Source: Cetorhinus maximus (taxonomy: Eukaryota). Taken from it: a DNA stretch of 64,000 bases. The DNA lies in assembly GCF_964194155.1 (NCBI RefSeq), contig NC_135901.1:17360001-17424000 (forward strand), given 5' to 3'. The notes under the pieces are model-generated. The model worked only from the letters and a program-made list of their open reading frames with translations, had not been told where the DNA came from and did not search any database. Shown piece after piece: positions 52,150 to 63,324 of the stretch (position 1 is the stretch's first letter; every line of letters starts with the position of its first letter). Position numbers and translations under genes: made by a program.

Positions 52150-53310
52150 AGGGTGCAAGGGGTAGCAATCTCGCCCCCGAATCAAAAGGTTGTAGATTTG
52201 TAGTCCCATTCCAAAGACATGAGCACAACATCAAGTCTCACACTCCTCAGTGCCAGTACTGAGGGTGTGCTGCCCTGTCAGAGGGCCAGTATTGAGAGAG
52301 TGCTGCTCTGTCAGAGGGTCAGCACTGAGGATGATCTGCACTGTCAGAGGGTCAGAAATGAGGAGCACTGTATTGTTGGAGGGTCAGTACTGAGAGAGTG
52401 CTGCGGTGTTGGAGCGGGGGTCAGAACAGAGGGAGTGCTGCCTCTTAGAGGGTCAGCACTGAAGGCAAGATGTACTGAGGGTGTGCTGCACTGTTAGGGG
52501 TGGGGAGGGTGAGTACTGAGGGAGCGCCGCCCTGTCGGAGGGTCAGTACTGAGGGAGCGATGCCCGGTCAGAGGGTCAGTACTGAGGGAGCGCTGCACTG
52601 ACGGAGGGTCAGTATTGAGGGAGTGCTGCACTGTCAGAGGGTGAATACTGAGGGAGTTTGGCACTGTTGGAGATTCAGTACTGAGGGAGTGAAACACTGT
52701 CAGAGGCTGAGGACTGAGGCAGTGCTGCACAGTTGGAGAGTCAGTGCTGAGGGAGTGCTGCACTGACAGAGGGTGAGTACTGAGGGAATGCTGCAATGTT
52801 GGAGGGTGAGTACTGAGGGAATGCTGCAATGTTGGAGGGTGAGTACTGAGGGAGTGCAGCTCTGTCGGAGGGTCAGTACTGAGGGAACGCTGCCCTGTCG
52901 AAGGGTCAGTACTCAGGGAGCACTACCCTGTCAGAGGGTGAGTACTAAGGGAGCGCTGCACTGTTGGAGGGTCAGTGCAGAGGGAGTGCTGCACTGTTGA
53001 GGGAGTGGGTTGGGTCAGTACTGAGGGAGTGCAGGCCTGTTGGAGGGTCAGTGCTGAGGGAGTGGTGCACTGTCAGAGGATGAGTGTTGCCCTGTCGGAG
53101 GGTCAGTACTGAGGGAGCGCTGCCCTGTCGGAGGGTCAGTACTGAGGGAGCGCTGCCCTGTCAGAGGGTCAGTATTGAGGGAGCACTGCACTGACGGAGG
53201 ATCAGTATTGAGGGAGTGCTGCACTGTCAGAGGATGAGTCCTGAGGGAATGCTGCACTGTCGGAGGGATGACATTCGGATGACACATTAAACTGAGGCCC
53301 TGTCTTCTCC
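52150..53310 (+). repeat. Deu-type SINE with an internal ~36-bp minisatellite expanded to ~1 kb
   Basis: SINE head at ~52160, tandem CAGTACTGAGGGAGTGCTGCACTGTCGGAGGGT units, then the SINE body resumes at ~53275. Confidence 0.85.
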
Positions 53311-53637
53311 AGTTGGCATTTAGCAGCTAATTCTCTTCAACTGAATTGCTTGTTACCGTTGATGTGCTCCATGCACCCCACCTTCCTGTGGAACTAAGAA
53401 ATTATTGGGATGATCAATGATTACTGGCCATCTTCTTGTTGTCTCTATCAATGTATGACATTTAATACCCAATCCTCTAGACGTGCTTACACAGGGCTAG
53501 GAATTGGTATGGTTAAAATTAAAAACATTTTTTTAAAACTTAAAGATAGTTTGTCCTGTTGTAAAATTGTTTTTTCATTCTTTCATTTATTGCCCATTCC
53601 TAATTGCCTCTTGAGAAGGTGGTGGTGAGCTGCCTTC

Positions 53638-53960
53638 TTGAACAGCTGCAGGGAGGTGTCAGCTGTGGCTCAGTTCATAGCACCCTCGCCTTTGAATCAG
53701 AGGGTTGTGGGTTCATGTCCCACTCCCAGAAAACCAAGAACTGTGATTGTACTCGAAAGAGTTGCAATCTGTGACTGTTGATAACTCGAAAGAGTTTGAA
53801 CAGCTGCAGGGAGGTGTCAGCTGTGTCTCAGTTCATAGCACCCTCGCCTTTGAATCAGAGGGTTGTGGGTTCATGTCCCACTCCCGGAAAACCAAGAACT
53901 GTGATTGTACTCGAAAGAGTTGTGACTGTTGATAACTCGAAAGAGTTTGAACAGCTGCAG
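53638..53960 (+). repeat. Tandem pair of tRNA-like SINE heads bounded by three copies of a 14-bp direct repeat
   Basis: TTGAACAGCTGCAG at 53638, 53796 and 53947, giving units of 158 and 151 bp. Confidence 0.85.
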
Positions 53961-56709
53961 TCCCTGTGTTGTAGGTACACCCACAGTGCTGTTAGGGAGG
54001 GAGTTCCAGCGATAGTGAAGGAATGGCGATATACTTCCAAGTCAGGATAGTATGTGACGTGGAGGAGAACTTCCAGGTGGTGGTGTTCCCATTTATCTGC
54101 TGCCCTTGTCCTTCAAGGCGATGCAGGTTGCAGGTTTGGGACGTACCGTCAAAGGATCCTTGGTGAGTTGCTGCAGTGTATCTTTTAGATGGGGCACACT
54201 GCTGCCATTGTGCGTCGGTGGTGGAGGGAGTGAATGTTTGTGGATGTGGTGCCAATCAAGCGAGCTGCTTTGAACTGGATTGTGTCGAGCTTCTTGTGTG
54301 TTGTGGGAGCTACACTCATATAGGCAAGTGAAGAGTATTCCATCACACTCCTGACTTGTGCCTTGCAGATGGTGGACAGGCTTTGGGAAGTCAGGAGGTG
54401 AGTTACTCACCTCAGAATTCCCAGTCTGTAGCTCTTGCAGCTATAGTATTTTATATGGCTCGTCCAGTTCAGTTTCTGGCCAATGGTGCCCTCCCAAGGT
54501 GTTGATAGTGGGGGTTTCAGTGATGGTAGTGTCATTGAACATCAAGGGGAGATGGTTAGATTCTCTCTTGTTGGCAATTGTCATTGCCTGGCACTTAACG
54601 ATTCACGAATGTTACTTAAAGAAATGGTTCAAATTGTTCATCCCCCAAGATGCTCCTGAGTTTAGTGTGTCACTGTACAATTTAGCTGAGTGCACTGCTA
54701 AGGTTATACTGAATGGCGAAGTTTAATCAGTCAGACAATAGATTATTAGGCAAGAAGGGGCCATCATGGAGCAGAAGGGCCTGCTCCGCCATTCAATAAG
54801 ATCGTAGCTGATCTTCTACCTCACTCCACTTCCTCGCCTGACATATCCCCATATCCCTTAATATCCAAAAACGTATCACTCTCAGTCTTGAATATACTCA
54901 ACGACTGAGCATCCACAATTTTTTAGGGCAGGGAATTCCAAAGGTTCACAATGCACTGAGCGAAGAACTTTCTCCTCATCTCAGTCCGAAATTGCCAACC
55001 CTTTATCCTGAGGCTGCGCCGGCCCGCCCACCCATTCCACCACCCACCCACCACCCACCACCCACCACCCCGCCACCCCACCCCCGCCCCCGCCCCCGTT
55101 CTGCCTCTCCAGCCAAGGTGGAAATCCGGACTTGGAAATATATCGCCGTTCCTTCACTGTCGCTGGGTCAAAATCTTGGAACTCCCTCTCTAACAGCACC
55201 GTGGGTGTACCTACACCACATGGACCGCAGCGGTTCAAATAGGCAGCTCAACACCACCTTCTCAAGGGGCGATTAGGGATGGACAATAAATGTTGGCCCA
55301 GCCAACGAAGCCCACATCCTGTGAATGGTTTTTTAAAATAAAGTGATCGCTTATTGTCTCAAATTCTAACTTGATGGTGGACAGATTGGCATATGGTATT
55401 TTTTTCAGGCACCATCTCGTTTCTGGGACAGCTTTGGTGAATCATCTAGCACAATGTGCATGACTAGAGATCGATAAAGATTTGAGCTTTCCATCACAAT
55501 CTGTAAAGTGAGACAAGGACAGAGGTCACATCTCTACCCAAACGGGAATCAGGATAATTGCGTATATTTCTCAGTATATTCACTGCTTCGAGGCATTATC
55601 TCTGTCCAAGAGTGGATTAAGGAGAAGAAAAGGCTTGCGTTGCCATTAAGTTACAGCACAGAAGATGGCTATTTGGCCCATTGTGACTGCTGGCTCTCTG
55701 AAAGAACAGTCATGCAAGTTCTGGTACAATCACATTGCTTTTATATTCTGTGCCTCCATTTATAAACTCAAGGAACCCATTTGCTTTTATTACCACCTTA
55801 CCAACTCTGTTGAGTTGAACAGTAGCCTTGTGGTCATGTTACTGGACTAATAATCTCGAAACGTGAGTTCAAATCCCACCATGGCCAGAAGGAATTTAAA
55901 TTAGGTTCATTAAATGAATCTGGAATTAAAAGTGAGTAAAAGTGATCATGATACTATAATTATTGTTGTAAAAAACCATCTGGTTCATTAATGTCCTTTA
56001 GGGAAGGAAATCTGTCATCCTGACCCGGTCTGGCCTGCATGAGATTCCAGAACCACAGCAATGTGGTTGACTCCTAGCTGCCCTCTGCAATGGCCCAGCA
56101 AGCCACTCAGTGGAATTCAAGAAGGCAAATCCCCATCATCTTCTCAAGGGGAAATGAGGGAGGGGCAATAAATGCCAGCCATGAATGAACAAAATAAGGG
56201 ACCTGCCACCTTTAGGTTTGGCCCAATGTCTCTCTGCTCATCTCCACATGACCCATACGTTACATTTCGTGGTGGCACAATGATCAAGGGTTGCATTTCA
56301 TTCTGAGGATACTAGCTTGGGTGCGAGGAAGTGGGAACTTCAGTAAGGAACACAACAACTAAACTCAGAGTAGGTGGCGATGGAAGGTGTTTAGGTGTAG
56401 AGAGACTGTATGTAAACTACTTAACATTGTGTTGTGAGCACTCATCCTTTTCTTGTCGTGTTCAGAAGGTGCCAGTGTGTGGTGCACTCATGTTCCTCCA
56501 TCTTTGGCAGGAAGGGATCATTCTGGCTTCCTGTTATGGTGTGGTGAAGACAGCAGAGACAAGGTGTTTATAGTCTGGGATCCTTAAAAGCCTGTGTCTC
56601 TCATGTGGAGACATCAGTTGAAAGTTTCATGGTCTGGTCCGCTTGGCTCTCAGTTGCCAGCGACTGTGCTTCAGCAGTCCCTGTTCCAGAGTCAGTCCCT
56701 GTTCCAGAG

Positions 56710-56897
56710 TCAGCAATGCAAGGTCTTCATGAAGGCTTTGCGGAACGCCACGTTGAAGGTCGTGTAGATGATGGGATTGATGACGTAACCCAGCCAGGCG
56801 CAGGCGCTGTAGAGCGCCGGCGGGGTGTAGCACCTCTGGCAGTGGACGTTCAGGATGTGAGTAATGAAAAACGGCAGCCAGCAGATGATGAAGACGA
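56710..56897 (-). CDS. DRD2: D2-type receptor last exon (TM6-TM7-helix 8)
   Basis: ggcag| acceptor, then [19 protein letters not shown]...[31 protein letters not shown] is missing before NPIIY. Confidence 0.9.
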
Positions 56898-57109
56898 CTG
56901 CCAATCCGACAGAGAGAGAGAGAGAGAAAGGAAAAGAGTCGTCAATGCACGTGTGGGCCATTTGTCATCGCAACACAGTGACTCGCGAAAGGGTTCCTAC
57001 CCCACTCAACTCCTCAACCATATGGCAACAGGGCATCCATTAATTACTTATAGTTGTTAGTTCTTTGCTAAAATTCACATTACATCTCTGGCACACAAGC
57101 TTACAAATT

Positions 57110-57775
57110 TGGTATCATCAGTATAGAATCCAATCCTAGAACATAGCGATTTCATACAACTTAGCCTATTGTTCTAGATCATTGTGACACTATAGGACTC
57201 AGACTAATCTACTGGGAGTATGGTAACACTATACACAGCCAATTAATCTAGATAATTACATTTCCGTGCAGCTTGGCCTATTGCTCTAGAACTTTGCGGT
57301 CTGGTGGAACGCAGCCTATTGTTCTAGATCACAGCAAAACCCATGAACTTGGACTGTTGATCTAAATCATTGTGCTACAATGCAACTTAACCTATGGTTC
57401 TAGATCACTGTGCCACAACGAAACTTTGCCTATTTTTCTAGATCATTTCAAGACTATGGAAGTTAGTCCACAGTTAAAGAGCATGTAATTTAGCCTACAG
57501 TCCAAGATCATTGCAAGATCCAAGGAATCTATCCTGTTCTTCGAAATCATTGAGACATAATGGAACCTCGTCTATTGTTCTAGATAGTTGTAACTACATA
57601 GAACTCGGTCTGTTGTTCTAGACCATTGTAAGAACCGGTAGACGTTTGCCTATTCTCGATCATTGTGACACAACAGCACCTAACCAATTGTTCTAGACCA
57701 CAGAGACGGTGGATCTTGGGCTATTGTTCTAGAGCATTGTGACTCGGTGGAACATAGTCTATTGTTCTAGTTTGT
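57110..57775 (+). repeat. ~37-38-bp degenerate intronic minisatellite
   Basis: Recurring core GCCTATTGTTCTAGATCATTGTGAC. Confidence 0.8.
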
Positions 57776-57786
57776 TCTCGACTCAC

Positions 57787-58123
57787 CTAAGACAACCACC
57801 AACATTTGTTGCTTTCTTCTCCCTCTGGTGGGACAGTTTGCTTTCGCTGCTGATTTGGCCACTGGCACCTGTTTCTCATCTGACACCATCCACACCACAA
57901 AAGCGCTCCGCCTGAAGAACCTTGCTTGGCCATCGCACTCGGGGTCCGCGGATACCTCGATGGGGGAAGGGGCCTTCCATTTAGCAGCCATCAGGCACGA
58001 TCTGGAAGTGGTCCCGAGCTGGAAAGGCAGCGGAGTTCCTATTGGCCTTGACCTCTCTGGAGGCCCCACAAAGCGGGCTCTCTCAGATTCTTCGGAGTAA
58101 GGGATTGCTTCTCGCACCAGTGT
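57787..58123 (-). CDS. DRD2: D2-type receptor exon (ICL3 to start of TM6), 337 nt
   Basis: cctag| acceptor and TTAG|gtgagt donor; ends QMLVVVL. KLSHQREKKAT is present only in a shifted frame. Confidence 0.8.
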
Positions 58124-59024
58124 CTAGGATGCCAAAAAGAAGAGAAAATGGGTGTTACCAACAGCCAATAGCACAGACCAGAGCACACACAAATCACAGG
58201 AGAGGACAAGGAAGGGAATGACAAAGGGCCCTTGTCTCCAAGTCACCATTTTGTACATGGGGTGTGGGCAGTCAACTTGTTCACAGAATCATACTGCACA
58301 GGAGAAGGCCATTAAGCCCATCGAACCTTTGCTGGCTCTTTGAAAGAGCTTTCCAATTAGTCCCACACTTCCGCCCGCTCTTAGCCTAACAGCCCAGCAA
58401 ATTTTTCCCCTTCAACTATTTATCCAGTTCCCCTTTTGAAAGTTCCTACTGAATCTGCTTCCACCGCCCTTTCAGGCAGTGCCTTCCAGATCACAGAAAC
58501 TCACTGTGCAAAAAGAAAAAAAAAATCTCTTCATCTCCCCCTCTTTCTTTCACTGATTCTCTTCAATCTGTGTCCCTCTGGTTACCGACCCTCCTGACAC
58601 AGGAATCAGTTTCTCCTTATTTACTCTATCCGAACCCCTCATGATTTCACCCATCTCGATTAAATCTCTCTTTTAACATTCTCTGCTCTAAGGAGAACAA
58701 TCCCAACTTCTCCAATCTCCCCATGGAAGTGAAAGGAATTGGGGTTCTGTGCGATGGTAATGGATCCATCTATTGACATTCTGCGCAATAGGACTGAAGG
58801 AGAAGGGGCTTGTTCCATTGGGATTGTGTACAATGGGAGTGAGTGGGAAGAGGTTTGGGTCCATTGAGATTCTGTGCGATGGCAGCGAATGGGAAGAGAG
58901 TTGATCAATGACCTTTGGAATGATTGGTGACCTTAGTGACAAGTGGGAATTTCGGCCACTCAAATTGAACTGGGAATTTGTCAATCAGCTCCGAGGATTC
59001 TGATGTCTCCAGATGAGGCCTCAC

Positions 59025-59111
59025 CAATTTCTTTTTACTCACACTGGTGCTCCCGTTTGATTGGACCATTAAAGTGCAAAGTTTGACATCTTCCAGGTGT
59101 GTGCACTTATT
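59025..59111 (-). CDS. DRD2: D2-long 87-nt (29-aa) ICL3 exon
   Basis: tttcag|NKCTHLEDVKLCTLMVQSNGSTSVSKKKL|gtgagg matches the D2L insert [29 protein letters not shown]. Confidence 0.9.
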
Positions 59112-59789
59112 CTGAAACTAAATAAAACAAAAAGTGGAATTATCGACCCTGGCAACAGTGTAGGCACGAACATGGATACAAATACTTCATATTGGCCATA
59201 AAGAAAACCCATTGTTTACAACTTGAATTGAGAGATTATCCATTAAATAGGGCAAAAATCCTTTCAAAATTACTGACTTAAGTACTGCATTTTAAAAACA
59301 TTACTCGTTCATGGGATGTGGGCTTCGCCGGCTGGGCCAGCATTTGTTGCCCATCCCTAATTGCCCCTTGAGAAGGTGGGGGTAAGCTGCCTTCTTGAAC
59401 CGTTGCAGTCCATGTGGTATAGGTACACCCATTGCTGCTAGGGAGGGAGCTCCAGGATTTTGACCCAGTGACAGTGAAGGAACAGCCGATGTATTTCTAA
59501 GTCAGGATAGTGAGTGACTTGGTGAGGAACCTCCAGGTGGTGGTGTTCCCATCTATCTGCTACCCTTGTCCTTCTAGATGGTCATGGTCATGGGTTTGGG
59601 AGGTACGGTCTAAGGAGGCTTGGTGAGTTGCTGCAGTGCGTCTTGTAGATGGTACTCTGTGCTGCCACTGTGCGTCGGTGGTGGAGGGAGTGAATGTTTC
59701 AGGTGGAATATGATTGTGTGAAACGTACAGTAATATTGCACAAGGAAATTTCACTCTAAAAAGCATGTTTTTTAAATAATAAAGCAAGA

Positions 59790-59975
59790 TACTGTCCCCT
59801 GCAAACACTCCCAGGACAGGTACAGCACGGGGTTAGATACAGAGTAAAGCTCCCTCCACACTGTCCCCACCAAACACTCCCAGGACAGGTACAGCACGGG
59901 GTTAGATACAGAGTAAAGCTCCCTCTACACTGTCCCCATCAAACACTCCCAGGGCAGCTACTACATGGGGTTAAA
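59790..59975 (+). repeat. ~70-bp tandem repeat, about 2.5 copies
   Basis: CAAACACTCCCAGGACAGGTACAGCACGGGGTTAGATACAGAGTAAAGCTCCCTC is repeated. Confidence 0.85.
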
Positions 59976-60295
59976 TGTATATTTCCCTCTATCCCTGCCA
60001 ATCTGCAGCCTCTTACAAATGACCAACATCCTATACTTGTGGTGACATCACTTCCTCAGTCATCCTGTATCCTCCCTTAAATGACAGGTTGAAAGCAACT
60101 CTGCATCATGACAGCGTGTCTGATACAAAATGGATCGAAGCCACTCTAACCCATGTCGAATTGAACCCGTGCAGCCTCTACGCAAAGCAAACTTGGGCAG
60201 GATTTAATTGCAATGTCTAGAGGTTAAAGGTCAGTCACTTACACCACGCCCAGTACGCACATCCCCTCATTTTAATATTTGAGCTTGTTATTTAC

Positions 60296-60504
60296 TCTTT
60301 CGGCCTTAATGGGAGGTTGGGTTTCATGCTCCATGGCAACGCTGATCCTCTTAGCTGCCATGCGCTTCCTCCTCCATCTCAGCATGGCATAGATCTGGAC
60401 GTAAACTAACAGCGTCATGATGATGGGAACGTAGAAGGAGACAATGGAAGAATATAAGATGAAAGAAGTGTTCATGATGGCACAGATGGTCTCTTCCCTT
60501 TTAT
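60296..60504 (-). CDS. DRD2: D2-type receptor ECL2-TM5 exon
   Basis: ttccag|DKREETICAIMNTSFILYSSIVSFYVPIIMTLLVY...RRKR. The expected donor reads AAG|gc at 60305, and an in-frame AGA|gtaaat donor lies at 60296. Confidence 0.88.
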
Positions 60505-60825
60505 CTGGAAGAGGACAGAGCACATTCCTGGTCTCCATAATTGCAAAAACTGTCATTGAGCACTGGGGAAGGTGTAACTAAAGGTTCACAAAGATGGCAC
60601 TCGAATTACGAGCTTATAACTATCAGGCAAGACTGAACAGGCTGGGACTCTTTCCTCTAGAAAAGAGAAGGCTGAGGGGTGACCTGATAGAAGCCTTTAA
60701 AACTATGAAAGAGTTTTGACAGGGTGAACGTAGAGAAGTTGTTTCCATTTTTGGGGTGGGGTGGGGGAGGGTAGGGCTGGTGGGAGACCAGAACTAGACG
60801 GCCCTCAATATAAGAAAATCACTAG

Positions 60826-61153
60826 TGTTGTATGTGCCTGCATGCCACTGTAATGTAAAGGTACACGGCAGAGTAAGGGTTAGAGAGGGACTGGAGAATA
60901 GCACCACCCACGGTATGATGTATAAAGTCACATGGTAACAGACTGAGAGAACAGTCTAGAGAGAACACTCTGGAACCAGCCTGCATGGAGGTAGCAGCGC
61001 CATGCATGACAGTAACTTGAGATCTGTAAATAGATAAAGAGTTCATGTTTAAATCTACAAGTCTCAAGGTCACATCGTTGAGACACCACTGCACACCATA
61101 ATACAATATGGTTGGCAGTGGTGGGATACCAGCACTATCAGTATAGGGCAACA
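60826..61153 (+). mobile_element. Internally deleted LTR retrotransposon (LTR plus tRNA-Leu-type PBS) nested in a CR1 fragment (~60560-61350)
   Basis: TGTTG...CAACA ends, flanks ACTAG/ACTTG, TATAAA, and PBS-like TGGTTGGCAGTGGTGGGAT at 61109-61127. Confidence 0.65.
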
Positions 61154-61687
61154 ACTTGTAAATCCAATGGGGAATTCAGGAGAAACTTCTTCACCCAGAG
61201 AGTGGGGAAAATGTGGAACACACTCCCACAGGGAGTGGTTGAGGTTAATAATATCGATGTATTTAATGGGGAAGTTGGATAAACAAATGAGGGAGAAAGG
61301 AATAGAAGGAAATGATGATAGGGGAGATAAAGAGGGGGTGGGAGTGGGCTCATGTGGAGTATAAATTCTCCTCCTCCCCACCTCTGGTTGTTTTCCCGAT
61401 TCTCTTCAATCTGTGGTCCTCTGGTTACCGACCCTCCTGCCACTGGAAACACTTTCTCCTTATTTACTCTGTCAAAATCTCTCATGATTTTGCATGCCTC
61501 AATTAAATCTCCCCCTGAACCTTCTCTGCTCTAAGGAGAATAATCCCAGCTGATCTGGTCTCTCCATATAACTGAATTCCCCAATCCTTGGGACTGCTGT
61601 GAGAATTCTCATGCCGCTCCCTTATCATAGAAGGAGACAATAGAGGAATAAAAGATGAAAGAAGGGTTCTTTATGGGCACAGCTTAC

Positions 61688-61815
61688 CAGGGTGTTTTCT
61701 TAGCCCGAAAGAAGCGGGCATGAGATTGCGAAGGACAGCATCCAAACCATGGTTATCATCAACGTGACTCTCCGCTTGGATATTGTAGAGCATTGGCATG
61801 GCACCCGCTGTATAC
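61688..61815 (-). CDS. DRD2: D2-type receptor ICL2-TM4 exon, 128 nt, internally frameshifted
   Basis: ttgcag|(R)YTAGAMPMLYN, with SKRRVTLMITMVWMLSFAISCPLL in another frame, then FGL...|gtaagc. Confidence 0.85.
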
Positions 61816-62029
61816 CTGCAAGGGGTGTACAAGAAACAGGTTAGAGCTGTTAATGAACCGGATGGTCTTTAAAAAGCTCCAAAATAGGTGGTGAGTGAAG
61901 CAGGGAAGTAAGTTCAATAGGTCAAATGGCGTACTCCTGTAGCCATGACAACCAAGGGAGGTTGAGGATGAGGATCCATTGATCCAATCGGAAAAAGGTA
62001 CACAATACTCCCAAGAACTAGCAAACAAC

Positions 62030-62915
62030 CAGACAAATCGGAGCAGGAGGAGGCCATTCGGCCTCTCGAGCCTGCCCCACCCATTCAATAAGATCATGGA
62101 TGATGTTCTACTTCAACTCCACTTTCCCACCCTCAGTGCCCAAAAATCTATCAATCTGAGTCTTGAGTATACCCAATGATGGAGCATCCATAGCTCTCTG
62201 GGGTAGATAATTCCAAAGATTCCCAATCCTCTGAGTGAAGAAATTTCTCCTCATCTCAGTCCAAAATGGCTGACCTCTTAACCTAAGACTGTGACCCCCA
62301 CCATTGTTCCAGACTACCCAGCCAGGGGAGGGGGTGGGGGTTAACAGCCTCCCAGAATCGACCCTGTTAAACCCCTGAAGAATTTTGTACATTTCAATTA
62401 GATCACCTCTCATTCTTCTAAACTCCAGAGAATATAGGGCCATTCTGCTCAATCTCCCCTCATAGGACATCCCTCTCATCCCAGGAATGAGTTTAGTTAG
62501 AGTTAGGGATGGGGTTAGGGAGTTAAGGATGGGGTTAAGGAGTTAGGGTTAGGAGTAGGGAGTTAGGGATGGGGTTAGGTTAGGGGTAGTGAGTTAGGCG
62601 TGGGGTTTGGGGAGTTAGGGATGGGGTTAGGGCTGGAGTTGGGAGTTGGGATGGGGTTGGAGAGTTAGGGATGGGGTTAGGGAGTTAGGGTTGGGTTTGA
62701 GGTTAGGGGTAGGGTTAGGGATCCAGAACTGTGCACAATATTCGGGTGTAGTCTCACCAAAGATCTATATAATTATTTTAAGATTTCTTTACTTTTATAT
62801 GCCAATCCGTTTGCAATAAAAGCGAACATGCCATTTACCTTTCGAGTTCCTTGCTGTACCTACATGCTGACTTTCTGTGATTCGTGTACAAGGAGACCCA
62901 GGTCCCTCTGCACAC
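62030..62915 (-). mobile_element. CR1 LINE 3' fragment
   Basis: LYSLEFRRMRGDLIEMYKIL and RRNFFTQR motifs. Confidence 0.85.
62490..62720 (+). repeat. Degenerate TTAGGG-based (telomere-like) repeat
   Basis: GTTAGGGATGGGGTTAGGGAGTTAGGG-type units. Confidence 0.8.
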
Positions 62916-63324
62916 CAATATTTCCCAGTTTCCCACCATTTCCAACCAGGATCACAAGCGGGACAGCCGCTCCCATGGGAGGGTCCCATTCTCTATTGAG
63001 CTGCAGGGAGGAGGGGGCGAACCTTGTCAATGCACATCTGGAGAACCTGGAGTAATGAAAGGGCCTCTCGCTGGCCGTTGGGTCTCGCTGGCCCCACTTC
63101 TCCCAAAACTAGGGAGCCCAGGGAAAGTAATGGAGGAAGGAGGGAGGGTGGTGGGTAAAGGCCTGAGGAGGGAGGTGGGGGCGGGGGGTGGTGAAGAGAG
63201 GGAGGAAGAGTCTAATTACCCTTGTACAGCCCAGAGGGCACTCCACTGACAATGGCACACGTGTGTCCTGTACCCCACTGGAGCCCTGATGTGTATGAAT
63301 TCAGATGGACACATCACAAATTAT

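Larger units (their letters stand above)
56710..61815 (-). pseudogene. DRD2: D2-type dopamine receptor gene (DRD2 or its drd2l paralog), last five coding exons, structurally degenerate but with an open frame; 5' exons lie beyond the window
   Basis: Exon phases 2/1/0/0/1 and peptides match the D2 gene structure. It carries compensating frameshifts and a TM7 deletion, so its functional status is uncertain. Confidence 0.6.

Noticed and set aside
52219-53287. Repetitive ORFs and a CRISPR-like appearance
   Set aside because: Head-to-tail minisatellite without unique spacers or cas genes, in eukaryotic DNA.
56676-56712. 18-bp tandem duplication at the receptor stop codon
   Set aside because: Real, but it lies at and after the stop and does not change the protein.
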